Source: Octopus sinensis (lineage: Eukaryota). Taken from it: a stretch of DNA of 64,000 bases. The DNA lies in assembly GCF_006345805.1 (NCBI RefSeq), contig NC_043008.1, positions 11,842,001-11,906,000 of the forward strand. Reading direction: 5' to 3'. Below the pieces are notes generated by a model that was not told the origin of the DNA, did not search any database, and worked only from the letters and a program-made list of their open reading frames with translations. The stretch's first letter is position 1. Each line of letters begins with the position of its first letter. The translations under genes were made by a program, and so were the position numbers. Of this stretch, positions 1 through 11,764 are shown in pieces.

Positions 1-198
1 AAAGAAAAACTTCCCATGAAGAGCCGCTGGTCATTTTATTAAAATGTTTGACTATTATATCTTTCGATTGTTTACTATTAAGAGTTATGCGAAAACGAAA
101 GTTAAACTTGTTACCGAAGACGAAGCGCCAATGTATGTGATGGAAACGAAAGCTATCAATATAACCCTACAGACGTTTATTGAGATTCTACAATAATT

Positions 199-484
199 AC
201 ACACACACACATACACCCACACATACTCATGCACACTTATACAGAGTGAAAGAGACTGAAAGAACGAGAGATAGAGAGAATACGAGAGAGTGATCCTCGA
301 ATATATATCTTTATTTATGTAGATATTAGAGATATATGTATGTATGATGAATATATATATGTGTAAATATATATACATATGTATATATATATATGAAATA
401 TATATATAATATATTATATAATATATATATAATAAATATATATATATTATATATATATATGTATATATATATAATATATATAAT

Positions 485-562
<78 letters not shown>

Positions 563-720
563 AATATATATAAATATAATATATATATATATAATATATA
601 ATATATAATATATATAATATATATATATATGTATATATATATGTGTATATATATATATATACACACATATATAATATATATATGATATAGACAAAAATAA
701 TATATATATTTATTTAATTA
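199..720. repeat. (CA)n/(GA)n then long imperfect (TA)n microsatellite
   Basis: Visible dinucleotide runs; source of the I/Y-rich ORFs at 85-694. Confidence 0.95.
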
Positions 721-939
721 TTGCAGCAATTATCTATGAGAACTGGTTAATTTGTATGTTACATAATTGAGAGGACAATGCTTCAATTATGTGAACGTGT
801 CATTCAGAAGACATATTAATTTTATCCTCTGGGCTTTAATTTTAATATGATAAAACTTGTATTAATAGAATATAAAACTAATTACAGACATTCAGCTTTA
901 TAATTATCGATCTATATATTCATCAACGCTATATTTACA

Positions 940-1010
940 TCTCTCTCTCTTTCTCTGTGTATATATATAATATAATATATATATATATATATATATAGAA
1001 TATGTATATA

Positions 1011-1063
<53 letters not shown>

Positions 1064-1124
1064 GACAATTATATTTTTGTATAAGATATATACGGATGTA
1101 TTCATATCTATCTATTTATTCCTT

Positions 1125-1195
<71 letters not shown>

Positions 1196-1320
1196 TAAAT
1201 ATAATATATATATATACATAAACATAAATATATATATATATATACACATACATATATGTACATACAGAGATAGATAGATAAACAGATATATAGCTAGATA
1301 GTTAGACAGATAGATAATAT
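940..1320. repeat. Compound (CT)n/(TA)n/(GATA)n microsatellite
   Basis: Direct inspection. Confidence 0.9.
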
Positions 1321-2195
1321 ATATACAACTGGCTGGCAAAGCAATGGACCTTCCTGTACACGGCCTTAGCACAGGAAAAGCAATTATGGGAAAATGTTGA
1401 TCATTATAACGATTATCATCTGACACAAGACGAATCTTGTGAAACAATTAGAAAATTTTAAATTTAACTACAAGTACCTCCTTCATCCATTTTGCTTTTT
1501 ATCTTACCTGAGCTCGGGAAATATACTGTTAATTGTAATACTTCATCGATTATCTCTCATATCATACATCGTGCGATGTCATTCAATTTGGCGAACCTCT
1601 TCCCAGGGACACTATTTCGGATTTACTACTCGTATCGCCCAACGATTGTGTAAGTTACAGTAATAAACAACCACAATTGTAGTTTACTGCATAAACAAAA
1701 GACCAGAAATTAAATGGACGTTTGTAATTGTTTAAATGGATCTCCCTTCATTTCCTGACGCGTGCTGTGATTCATACCGCCTGCCACGGTGAAATGAAAG
1801 CTATAATTGTCCCAAGCCGGATTTGGTCTAATTTACACGATATTCTAACAGTCCCGCCAATCCAAAAACCTTATAAAATAGTAGTATTATTAACTGTTTT
1901 CCCAATCGTTTTACAAGATCTGAAATTAAAGCTATGGAGTAGTCGATACGATTTAATCTCTTGTCCCGATTTGAAATCAGAATGTAATAATTAGTTTCGG
2001 AAACATGTGTCTCATTTAGTACAATACTGTAATGATTCTGACACCTCATCACTTTAAAAGAGATAAATGATATGTACGTTTAACACGAGCTCGTAATGCA
2101 ATGCTATTGGACATAAGGGGAAAAGCACCTTTTTGTTCAAACACGATAGGCAGAAGGGACTTGAAAAACGTAATGCACAACCCTGTGCCGTCATT

Positions 2196-2345
2196 ACACA
2201 CACACACACACACACACCACACACACCACACACACACACACCACACACACACACACACACAACACACACACACACACACACATACACACACACACACACA
2301 TAGATACGCTCTCGTGCACACGCATAAACACTTACACACACACTC
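2196..2345. repeat. (CA)n microsatellite with CACCA variants
   Basis: Direct inspection. Confidence 0.95.
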
Positions 2346-2568
2346 ATCCATCCATCCACCCATACATACCTGCTTGGCTCGGCTTGGAATTTTGTGGACA
2401 GAACGTAAATCCTTAATTCATTCGTTGCAAATGATTGAGATATCTGGGACTCTAAAAATCTACAAGAACCTGTTAAGATGTAAAGGATAATGGTTAAAAC
2501 GAGACGCTTTCCTTCATGGCCATGCTACTACTATTTATTCTGAATTAATAATAAAAATAATGTTAATA

Positions 2569-2979
2569 TACATACATACATACATAAATACATACATACA
2601 TACATACATACATGCATACATACATACATACATACATACATACATACATACATACATACATACATACATGCATACATACATACATACATACATACATACA
2701 TGCATACATACATACATACATACATACATACATGCATACATACATACATACCTGCATGCATACATACATACATGCATACATACATACATACATACATACA
2801 TACATACATACATACATGCATACATACATGCATGCATGCAAAGATACATACATACATACATGCATACATACATACATACATACACACATACATACATACA
2901 TACATACACACATACATACATACATACATACATACATACATGCATACATACATACCTGCATGCATACATACATACATAC

Positions 2980-3010
<31 letters not shown>

Positions 3011-3107
3011 CATGCATACATACATACATACAGACATGCATACATACATACATACATACCTGCATGCATACATACATACCTGCATGCATACATACATACA
3101 TACATAC

Positions 3108-3138
<31 letters not shown>

Positions 3139-3360
3139 CATACATGCATTACATACATACATACCTGCATGCATACATACATACATACATACATACATAC
3201 ATACATACATACATACATACATACATACATGCATACATACATACATACATACATACATACATACATACATACATACATACATACATACATGCATGCATAC
3301 ATACATACATACATGCATACATACATACATACCTGCATGCATACATACATACATACATAC

Positions 3361-3391
<31 letters not shown>

Positions 3392-3492
3392 CATACATAC
3401 ATACATACTTACATACATACATACATACATACATACCTGCATGCATACATACATACATACATACTTACATACATACATACATACATACATAC

Positions 3493-3523
<31 letters not shown>

Positions 3524-3576
3524 CATACATGCATACATACATACATACCTGCATGCATACATACATACATACATAC

Positions 3577-3607
<31 letters not shown>

Positions 3608-3612
3608 CATAC

Positions 3613-3643
<31 letters not shown>

Positions 3644-3692
3644 CATACATGCATACATACATACATACCTGCATGCATACATACATACATAC

Positions 3693-3723
<31 letters not shown>

Positions 3724-3797
3724 CATACATACATGCATACATAATACATACATACATAATACATACATACATACATACATACATATACATACATACA

Positions 3798-3831
<34 letters not shown>

Positions 3832-3865
3832 CATACACACATACATACATACATACATACATACA

Positions 3866-3897
<32 letters not shown>

Positions 3898-3950
3898 CAT
3901 ACATAGATACATACATATACATACATACCTGCATGCATACATATATATGT
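2569..3950. repeat. ~1.4 kb (TACA)n tetranucleotide array with recurring variant units
   Basis: TACA units interrupted by TGCA, CCTGCATG and CTTA variants. Confidence 0.97.
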
Positions 3951-4176
3951 ACGTACATTCACCTTGACATGCAAAAACCTATGCTCAGTCCCGCAGTTTG
4001 CACCACGCGTCACTCGTACAACAGCAAAGTCCCTAGGATCTCGTTTCCTGGTGAGGGTGTAATCTATAAGATGCCATTTCTTAAAACCAGGGTGCATGCA
4101 TGTCGTTTTATACTTATTCTTTAGTCGAAACATAATATTCATGACACACAAATCCATCTCTATACATTTTTTCCGA

Positions 4177-4250
4177 TGGCCACATAACTGAAGAGATGGA
4201 GGCGTGGATTTCCGCCTCGGTATCCGAAACTCGGTGTTTTATCATGGCTA
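4177..4250 (+). ncRNA. Type I hammerhead ribozyme-like motif with extended stem I
   Basis: Stem I TGGCCA-c-ATAA / TTAT-ca-TGGCTA; core CTGAAGA (4188-4194); stem II containing GAGGCG/CGCCTC; GAAA; stem III AC-TCGGT-GT; GTT cleavage triplet. Base of stem II is imperfect (one extra C). Confidence 0.6.
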
Positions 4251-4362
4251 CCGAATAATTGTCACATATTACATTTAGAGATAAATTCCACTATTTACAT
4301 AATATCGAGGTCTCTTTCATTCTTTTGTTGTCTTACCATTTTTATCAATATATACATATATA

Positions 4363-4732
4363 GGCGCAGGAGTGGCTGTGTGGAAAGTAGCTTGCTAACC
4401 AACCACACGGTTGCGGGTTCAGTCCCACTGCGTGGCATCTTGGGCAAGTGTCTTCTGCTATAGCCCCGGGCCGACCAATGCCTTGTGAGTGGATTTGGTA
4501 GACGGAAACTGAAAGAAGCCTGTCGTATATATGTATATATATATGTATGCGTGTGTTTGTGTGTCTGTGTTTGTCCCCCTAGCATTGCTTGACAACCGAT
4601 GCTGGTGTATTTAGGTCCCCGTCACTTAGCGGTTCGGCAAAAAGAGACCGATAGAATAAGTACTAAAAGGTGGTGCTCCAGCATGGCCGCAGTCAAATGA
4701 CTGAAACAAGTAAAAGAGTAAAAGAGAAAAGA

Positions 4733-4733
<1 letters not shown>
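4363..4733 (+). mobile_element. SINE family A (tRNA head, CORE-like segment, internal TA/TG repeat, TAAAAGAG tail) with internal deletion
   Basis: A box TGGCTGTGTGG, B box GGTTCAGTCCC, CTTGGGCAAGTGTCTT segment; near-identical copies at 11339, 17191, 22865, 29457, 50085. Confidence 0.92.
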
Positions 4734-4771
<38 letters not shown>

Positions 4772-4809
4772 TAAAAATGACCACACCACAAACGTTCACA
4801 TAAGCACAT

Positions 4810-5302
4810 TTGATAATTTTTTACTGTTATGGCGTTTTTACGTATGCTAAGCCACTGATATTATTATAAACAATATCCTCATATAAATTTACATAATTTT
4901 TATTTACTTCGATCACGTATTTTAAAATTTGCTGCGGGATTAAAAACAGGCATCGTACACATTAGTGAGATGAACAATCTCTTTAACCATGGGTTCAGTA
5001 AGACTCGCTGAAGATGAACTAAGATTTTTTTACCTCAAAGTTGGAAATCACGGTGATACGGGTATGTGTAGCATTTTCAATCTTCGATTACTTTGTCATT
5101 GGTACGGGATTTTAGGATTTTTATTCATTTGCCCGCTTTCATCTTTGTGCTTAAGTGAAAATTTGTAATTTGATCATTTGACTGCTAAATTTAGCAAGCC
5201 GGTACAACTAGTTAGTTTCCTTAATTATTAGTTGATAATTATTTTTTTGATGTTACAGTTTTTTTATGCATGATATTATTATAAAGAATAATATCCTCAT
5301 AT
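4810..5302 (+). repeat. Partial direct repeat (4810-4885 vs 5232-5302) bracketing a hammerhead motif
   Basis: Shared TTGATAATT...TGTTA...TGATATTATTATAAA.AAT..ATCCTCATATA in both positions. Confidence 0.55.
5003..5063 (+). ncRNA. Type I hammerhead ribozyme-like motif
   Basis: Stem I ACTCG/CGGGT; core CTGAAGA plus extra T; stem II GAACT/AGTTG (first pair G-G mismatch); GAAA; stem III ATCAC-G-GTGAT; ATA cleavage triplet. Confidence 0.65.
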
Positions 5303-5361
5303 ATATATTATTATTTCTAAATCTCTCTAAAGGAGACTACGGCAGCAGTACTGGGTATTAA

Positions 5362-5742
5362 TAGTTACCGCCAAGCTAACATGGCAGTCCAGAAAAATAA
5401 CACGAAAGCTGCTGTTGATTAGCTCCAAGAGGCCATCGCGCTTCGCGTCTAGCTAGCTATATGACACACAAACCTGTGTCAATTACAAGCTTCGAAAAGG
5501 GGAGGTCAGCAGCTTCCCCATGCTCGGCCAGACACCCACAGACTAGTTTCAGGGTATTTGCTCTTTATCAGTATGTAGTAGTCGAACCCAGCAGGCGTCG
5601 CTACTGACTGTCGGTTCGAAGGTTGTAATGGACACAGGTTTGCGTGCCACATAGCTAGCTAGAGGTGATTGCCACTTGAAGCTAATCAACAGCAGCATTC
5701 GTCCTATTTTTCTGGACTGCCATGTTAGCTTGGCGATAACTA
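5362..5742. mobile_element. MITE/foldback element with ~130 bp TIRs, TAG...CTA termini and TTAA flanks (Academ-like by termini)
   Basis: TAGTTACCGCCAAGCTAACATGGCAGTCCAGAAAAATA... is mirrored by ...TATTTTTCTGGACTGCCATGTTAGCTTGGCGATAACTA; TTAA at 5358-5361 and 5743-5746. Superfamily call is inference. Confidence 0.85.
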
Positions 5743-5796
5743 TTAACACACGCACACACATACACACACACACAAAACACACAAACACACATAAAA

Positions 5797-5828
<32 letters not shown>

Positions 5829-6376
5829 TGGCGACGAATGCAGTACTAATAACGGGAGGTAATATTTATCCCCACTTAAATTATACCGCAATATAGTTAT
5901 GTAGTTTGTTCAAACGGAATATCCACGTTCAAGTGGGGAAAAATCTAGTGATGATAACAAACCCGGATGTATTTCAAGAAATGATATAATGTAAATACTG
6001 ACGATAGGTATTCTTTTCTCTGGTATTAAGTTGCTTTCCTTTCAAAGTACTTTTCTTTAGGCATTACAACTTTTCAAATATTTAACCTCAGATACATATT
6101 TTTGTTTACTTTGAGTTCCTGTTTAAGTGCAGTCACTAAACGCAAGTGAATTTCTTTTCTAAGGGCAAAATATGTATATTATTATAGCAAATTCTTTATT
6201 TAATGAACTCTGGCATCTGTATGGCTGTATGGTATTTCGTCTCATAAATATCAGAGTGAATATAATCAATATGAAGATATAAGCGACTTAACAAAATATT
6301 CGCTTGGAAGGGAATGACTTTTCAGAATACGTGTAGTGTAGCATTACAGTTCTATATTTCAGAGATGCGGAATTAT

Positions 6377-6617
6377 GTACATTATTTACATTATTTACAT
6401 TTGACGGATATTTGTCTTCATCTTGTTTGTTGTTAACAACGTTTTGGCTGATGCACTCTCCAGCCTTCATCAGGTGTCTTGGGAAAATTTCGAACATGGA
6501 TTCTCATTTCTAAGCTATTTTTCCGATGTTGTTGTTGTTGTTGTTGTTATTATTATTATTAAATTCAGAGTGTTCTATTCCAGACAGTGACCTGAATAAT
6601 AATAATAATAATAATAA
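6377..6617. mobile_element. SINE family E inverted pair: minus-strand copy (6377-6568) plus start of a plus-strand copy (6577-6617)
   Basis: Matches the 35907-36526 structure; decayed HHR at 6433-6478 (GAAA changed to AAAA). Confidence 0.85.
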
Positions 6618-7190
6618 CCGTTGACAAATGGTATAAACAGCATCCTGAAGCTGTGACTGAGGAAGAAAATGTATCGATTCTCTGGGACTTCCCCGTACAT
6701 ACCGACAAACTACAAAAGCTAATATAAACCGGATATTAATATAAACGATCAGACAAAAAAAGTGTTTTTATTAATTGAAATGAGTATTCCTTGCGATCAC
6801 AATATAGCCGTGAATGAATTTGACAAGATCAGTAAATATAAAGACTTGCTAATGGAAATTGAAAAAAATGTGGCATCTCAAGGCGACTACTGTACCGGTG
6901 ATCGTAGGATCTCTAGGAATGATAAAAAGATGGTACTGAAACCTATTTGAAAATGATACCAGGCTTACCATCCCTACAGGAAGTGCAAAAATCGTGTTAA
7001 CTGGAACGACTCATGTTGTGAAAACATCCGTTAATGAATTTATTTATTAATTAATTTTTTAAATACATATTTTACCTGTGAAGGTGCGTGTGTAATCTGG
7101 GAATGCATACAATGATCTTCTCTGCCTTAAGTGTACAGAAATCACTCGGCGAGAAATGGAAGAAAATTTGAAGAAAAAAAAAAAAAAAGA
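6618..7190 (+). mobile_element. 5'-truncated RLE-type non-LTR retrotransposon (R4/Dong-like): endonuclease domain plus 3' UTR
   Basis: Frameshifted translation KWYKQHPEAVTEEENVSILWDFPVHTD..NKPDI..LLIEMSIPCDHNIAVNEFDKISKYKDLLMEIEK.WHLKATTVPVIVGSLGMIK fits the PD-(D/E)xK RLE consensus; sits in a (TAA)n tract; A-rich 3' end. Confidence 0.85.
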
Positions 7191-7371
7191 AGAATAATAA
7201 TAATAAGAAGAAGAAGAATAAGAAGAACAACAACAACAGCATCGGAAAAATACCTTAGGAGGAGAACCCAGATTCGAAATTCCCCCAGGACAATTGATGA
7301 AGGCTGGAAAGTACATCAGCCTAAAGGTAGTTAACAACAAACAAGATGGGGACAAATATCCGTCAAATGTA
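7190..7371 (+). mobile_element. Remainder of plus-strand SINE E copy (tail with decayed HHR at ~7288-7333)
   Basis: TTGATGAAGGCTG...CAGCCTAAAG...ACAAATATCCGTCAAATGTA is the reverse complement of 6400-6530. Confidence 0.85.
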
Positions 7372-8239
7372 GCGAATGTACTTGCGTAGCATTAGTATTT
7401 AAATGTGATTGACCACTTGTCATAAAATAAAAATTATACCGGACGAAATGTCCGTCGTTTAAGCAATAGAAGCCGCAGCCAAATATCGCGAAAATCTTAT
7501 TGAAGAATATGCCAAAACATTATATTTTGTGACAGTGTAGGCATAGTAGGTCCGGTTAGATAGTAGAATGACCACGGCTTGAACACGCATGGCATTAGAT
7601 TTGGCTCGATCAGAGTAAACTTAGGACTAATCTACGACAACAAAATAGCTACAGAGCGTAAAACGGATGGGGTCAGTGCAGAAGTAAGGAAGAATAGAGA
7701 AGGGGTATAGTTGAGGAGCGTGGAATAGTAGAGAGAAAGTATCGGGTATAGGGGGGAAATCAATGGGTAATGATTTGATAACCGCGCTGAAAATTGTGCA
7801 AACACGTGATTATAGACCACATATATAATGCTATTGAAAAGCAAGTAATTTTAATTCGATTTAAGGGGCGCGGAAAGAAGTCAATAAATTCGAATAATTT
7901 CATTGTGGAAGAACACAAACAAAAGGAGTATCAATTTGAATCTGAAAATGTTAGACGATTAAAAATTATAGGCAATAATGTCAACGGAAGATACAAATGG
8001 GTAATTGAAAATCGAAAATTAAAATGGCTCGAATCAGAGAATAAATATTAAAATATTTCAAGAAAAGAATAAGATCGTTAATTAGCTAAAGAAGTAATCA
8101 ATAAAACAATATGGCTACCGTGAATGCAATCATTTTTAAAAGTACAATGTAAAACTATAAAACCCTGCTATTAAATTTTAACACAATGATTTATGAGTGA
8201 CGTTCAGTCAGCGCACACATTTCTGAGGTGTTTGCTCCT

Positions 8240-8289
<50 letters not shown>

Positions 8290-8296
8290 CATATAC

Positions 8297-8328
<32 letters not shown>

Positions 8329-8807
8329 GTGTGTGTGTATATATACACACTTACACACGCATCTATGTGCATATGCGTAAATACATACATATATGTATAT
8401 GTGTGCGCATGCCTGTGGAATGTACAGAAAATAAATATTGGCATAAATAATTGTATGTGTGATTCAGTGTGTGTTTGAGAGATTATAATCAGTTTTTAGC
8501 GTACGTCAGCGTGTACGTGTTTGCAGGTTCGATCTATGGGAAAATGTACGGAGTTTGTACGAAACGTTCCGATGAAACCAATATCTTTAACGTTCTGCTT
8601 AAACGGTTGCCGATCAAAAGCTGAAGGAATCATCTATTCTCAGAAAGAATTCCAGTGGAACGACATCTAGAATTGGGGCAAAGATAATGTGAAATGATTT
8701 ATGCAGTGTTTAGTGAGGTTTGAACACAGTGAGGTTGATGAGATGAAGGACGCAGTTAGTATTCATTTTAGTCTGTGTGGATGAGTGTGGTTATAATTTT
8801 CATTGAT

Positions 8808-8848
<41 letters not shown>

Positions 8849-9190
8849 GGAAGCGCAATGGACCAGTGATCGCGGTTTCGATTTCCAGATCAGGTGTTGT
8901 GAGTGTTTATTGAGTGCAATGCAAACACTTAAAGCTCCACGAGTCTCCAGCAGAGGAGTGGTGGCGAACCCTGCTGTACTCTTTCACCACAAATTTCTTT
9001 CAATCTTCCTGTTTCTGTTTTACCTGTATTTCGAAGGGCCAGCCTTATCACACTATGTGTCCCACTGAATATCCCCCAAAACTACGGTAATTGTACACGT
9101 ATCCGTGGAGTGCTCAGCCACTTGCACGTTAAGTTCTCGAGCAGGCTGTTCCGTTGATCGTATCAACTGAAACCCTGGTCGTAGTAGCCG
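8849..9190 (+). mobile_element. SINE family C (tRNA-Arg-like head, OR1-like), diverged, with head deletion
   Basis: Aligns to 20017-20403 over its length. Confidence 0.85.
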
Positions 9191-9205
9191 CAATAACATA
9201 TATAT

Positions 9206-9349
9206 GTCTGTCCATCTGGCAATTTGATGCCTTCGCTGTTGACTACTTGTCCCCTTCTCATGACTAATATTGCACACTTATCTATGCCAAACATTTTGCC
9301 TATATCTTTACCAAAGAGTCTTAAAGTCTGCATTAAGGAATATATCTCC

Positions 9350-9351
<2 letters not shown>
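9206..9351 (-). mobile_element. RT-domain fragment of RLE-type (R4/Dong-like) LINE
   Basis: QTLRLFGKDIGKMFGIDKCAILVMRRGQVVNSEGIKLPDG fits the FS.DIGM.FG.DKCA...EGI.LPDG motif; abuts (TAA)n. Confidence 0.75.
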
Positions 9352-9408
<57 letters not shown>

Positions 9409-9585
9409 GATTATTATTATTATTATTATTATCATTATTATTATTATTATATGTTTGACTTTTGCTTTATATTTGTACAAGTTGGCTCCAAGTCTCACCC
9501 AGAGATCTCAAGAGGCAACAGGTTGGAAGTACGTATTGTTGTTATGCCTAGTGTGCCATATATTTGGTTTTGTATTTATTATTAC

Positions 9586-9639
<54 letters not shown>

Positions 9640-9643
9640 CATC

Positions 9644-9690
<47 letters not shown>

Positions 9691-9717
9691 GATTATTATT
9701 ATTATTATTATTATTAT
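9350..9717. repeat. Two (TTA)n tracts (9350-9450, 9577-9717)
   Basis: Direct inspection. Confidence 0.95.
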
Positions 9718-10641
9718 TAGACAAGACGAATAGTGAGATGCGATTGCAATAAATATTTTATTGGTTCAACGATGATATTTCTAGAGCAAGCTTGTCTTTC
9801 TCGAGTTGAAAATAAAAAAGTGCTAAAATTCAAAATTATAAAAACTCAAATCTAAGATCCAATGGCCCAGGATTGGACTCAGTACTGGGGTCTAGCGAAA
9901 CTAACAAGCTTGACAAGCCAACTGCAAGAAGGCATAAGACGCAAAGGCTCTAATTTATTGAACGGAGCCGTCGTCTACTTTTGAGTCTTATCTCAAAGGT
10001 GTCGATTAGATATTTTCATAATACTTTTAAGTTAATATCTGATCGTCTTCGTTAGAAATCATTATCATTATTTTCTGCAACTAATGATGCTCAGATATAT
10101 CAATAGATAATAATTATTTCTGTAGGAGAAAGCCAAAATGCCATTCAAGAAATATAACTTTTGAATATTGAAAAGTTCGTCATCTTTTCTATTTGGTTCT
10201 ATATTCAATTTCATAATTAAATTCCAATATCTTTAAGAATTCCTTAATTAAATATTTGAATGTATTTTAAAATTCTAATGGCGTCCGTATTTCTTCGGTC
10301 AAAACCAAAAATATTATAATGTGTCAGAGTACAAAATGTTTCTACGTATAACATTATTTACACGTATAAGGAAGCTAATAACTCATGTTATTCTATAGAG
10401 TATAGAATCTAAATAAAAACAACCAATCAAAAATATATATGAAAATTTGTGATTAAAACATTTCTCATCACTAAAAACATACAATTTTACTACATAAGGA
10501 ATGCTATGTAAGGATAAGATTATAAGTAAAGGTCATCCATATTTCCAGCGGTTTATCTACTGAGATATTGCAGTGTCGTCATAGAGATTCTAACAAACCT
10601 CCCACAGTTTAAAACATAGTTAATAATGCTTGTAAATATAT

Positions 10642-11039
10642 CTTTTCTACTTTAGGCACAAGGCCTGAAATTTTGGGGAAGAGAACCAGTCGATTAGATC
10701 GACCTCAGTACGCGACCGGTACTAAATTTATCGACCCCAAAAGGATGAAAGGAAAGTCGACCCCGGCGGAATTTGATCTCCAGGAAGGTAAAGACAGACG
10801 AAATGCCTATTTCTTTACCACCCACAGGTGCTAAACATAGAAGGGACAAACACGGACAGACGAAGTGATTAAGTCGATTATATCGACCCCAGTGCGTAAC
10901 TGGTACTTATTTAATCGACCCTGAAAGGATGAAAGGCAAAGTCGACCTCGGCGGAATTTGAACTCAGAACGTAGCGGCAGACGAAATACGGCTACGCATT
11001 TCGTCCGGCGTGCTAACGTTTTTGCCTGCTCGCCGCCTT
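10642..11039 (-). mobile_element. SINE family B dimer (full B2 monomer plus headless B1 monomer) with 19 bp TSD
   Basis: B box GAGTTCAAATTCC; central GGTCGACTTTGCCTTTCATCCTTTC.GGGTCGAT; TSD ATAATGCTTGTAAATATAT at 10623-10641 and 11040-11058. Confidence 0.92.
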
Positions 11040-11338
11040 ATAATGCTTGTAAATATATATCAAGCACACGCTCTGGTGGTGTTTCTCAAAAATTACGATA
11101 ATCCAAAATTATAAGATAGTGGCTACATAAAACGGCTTATTGACATTTATAAATTTAAGGAGGGAAAAATACTTGACGTTATAAATTACGTTATATCATC
11201 CGTTCTAATTGCGACGTAGCGTGAATTTAGAACGTTATTTTTTATCGTTTACCTTCAGATATTTCAGCCCTGATACATAGCACAAGATTCGTTTCAAGGT
11301 TACTGAGATACTAAGTTCTTACATTAAATTTTCTAACG

Positions 11339-11504
11339 GGCGCAGGAGTGGCTGTGTGATAAATAGCTTGCTAACCAACCACATGGTTCCGGGTTCAGTC
11401 CTACTGCGTGGCATCTTGGGCAAGTGTCTTCTGCTATAGCCCCGGGCCGACCAATGCCTTGTGAGTGGATTTGGTAGACGGAAACTGAAAAGAAGCCCGG
11501 CGTA

Positions 11505-11539
<35 letters not shown>

Positions 11540-11764
11540 GCCTGTGTGTGTTTGTGTGTCTGTGTTTGTCCCCCTAGCATTGCTTGACAACCGATGCTGG
11601 TGTGCTTACGTCCCCGTCACTTAGCGGTTCGGTAAAAGAGACCGATAGAATAAGTACTGGGCTTACAGAAGAATAAGTCCTCGGGTCGATTTGCTCGACT
11701 AAAGGCGGTGCTCCAGCATGGCCGCAGTCAAATGACTGAAACAAGTAAAAGAGTGAAAAGAGAG
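11339..11764 (+). mobile_element. SINE family A, full length
   Basis: Complete head, CORE-like segment, microsatellite and tail. Confidence 0.95.

Noticed and set aside
1500-1700. Minus-strand acceptor/donor pair (CAG|GTAAG at 1508)
   Set aside because: Stops in all three frames; at best a non-coding exon, unsupported
2531-4157. Long overlapping ORFs (up to 474 aa; HTYI/MYVC repeats)
   Set aside because: Translations of the TACA array, which has no stop codons in several frames
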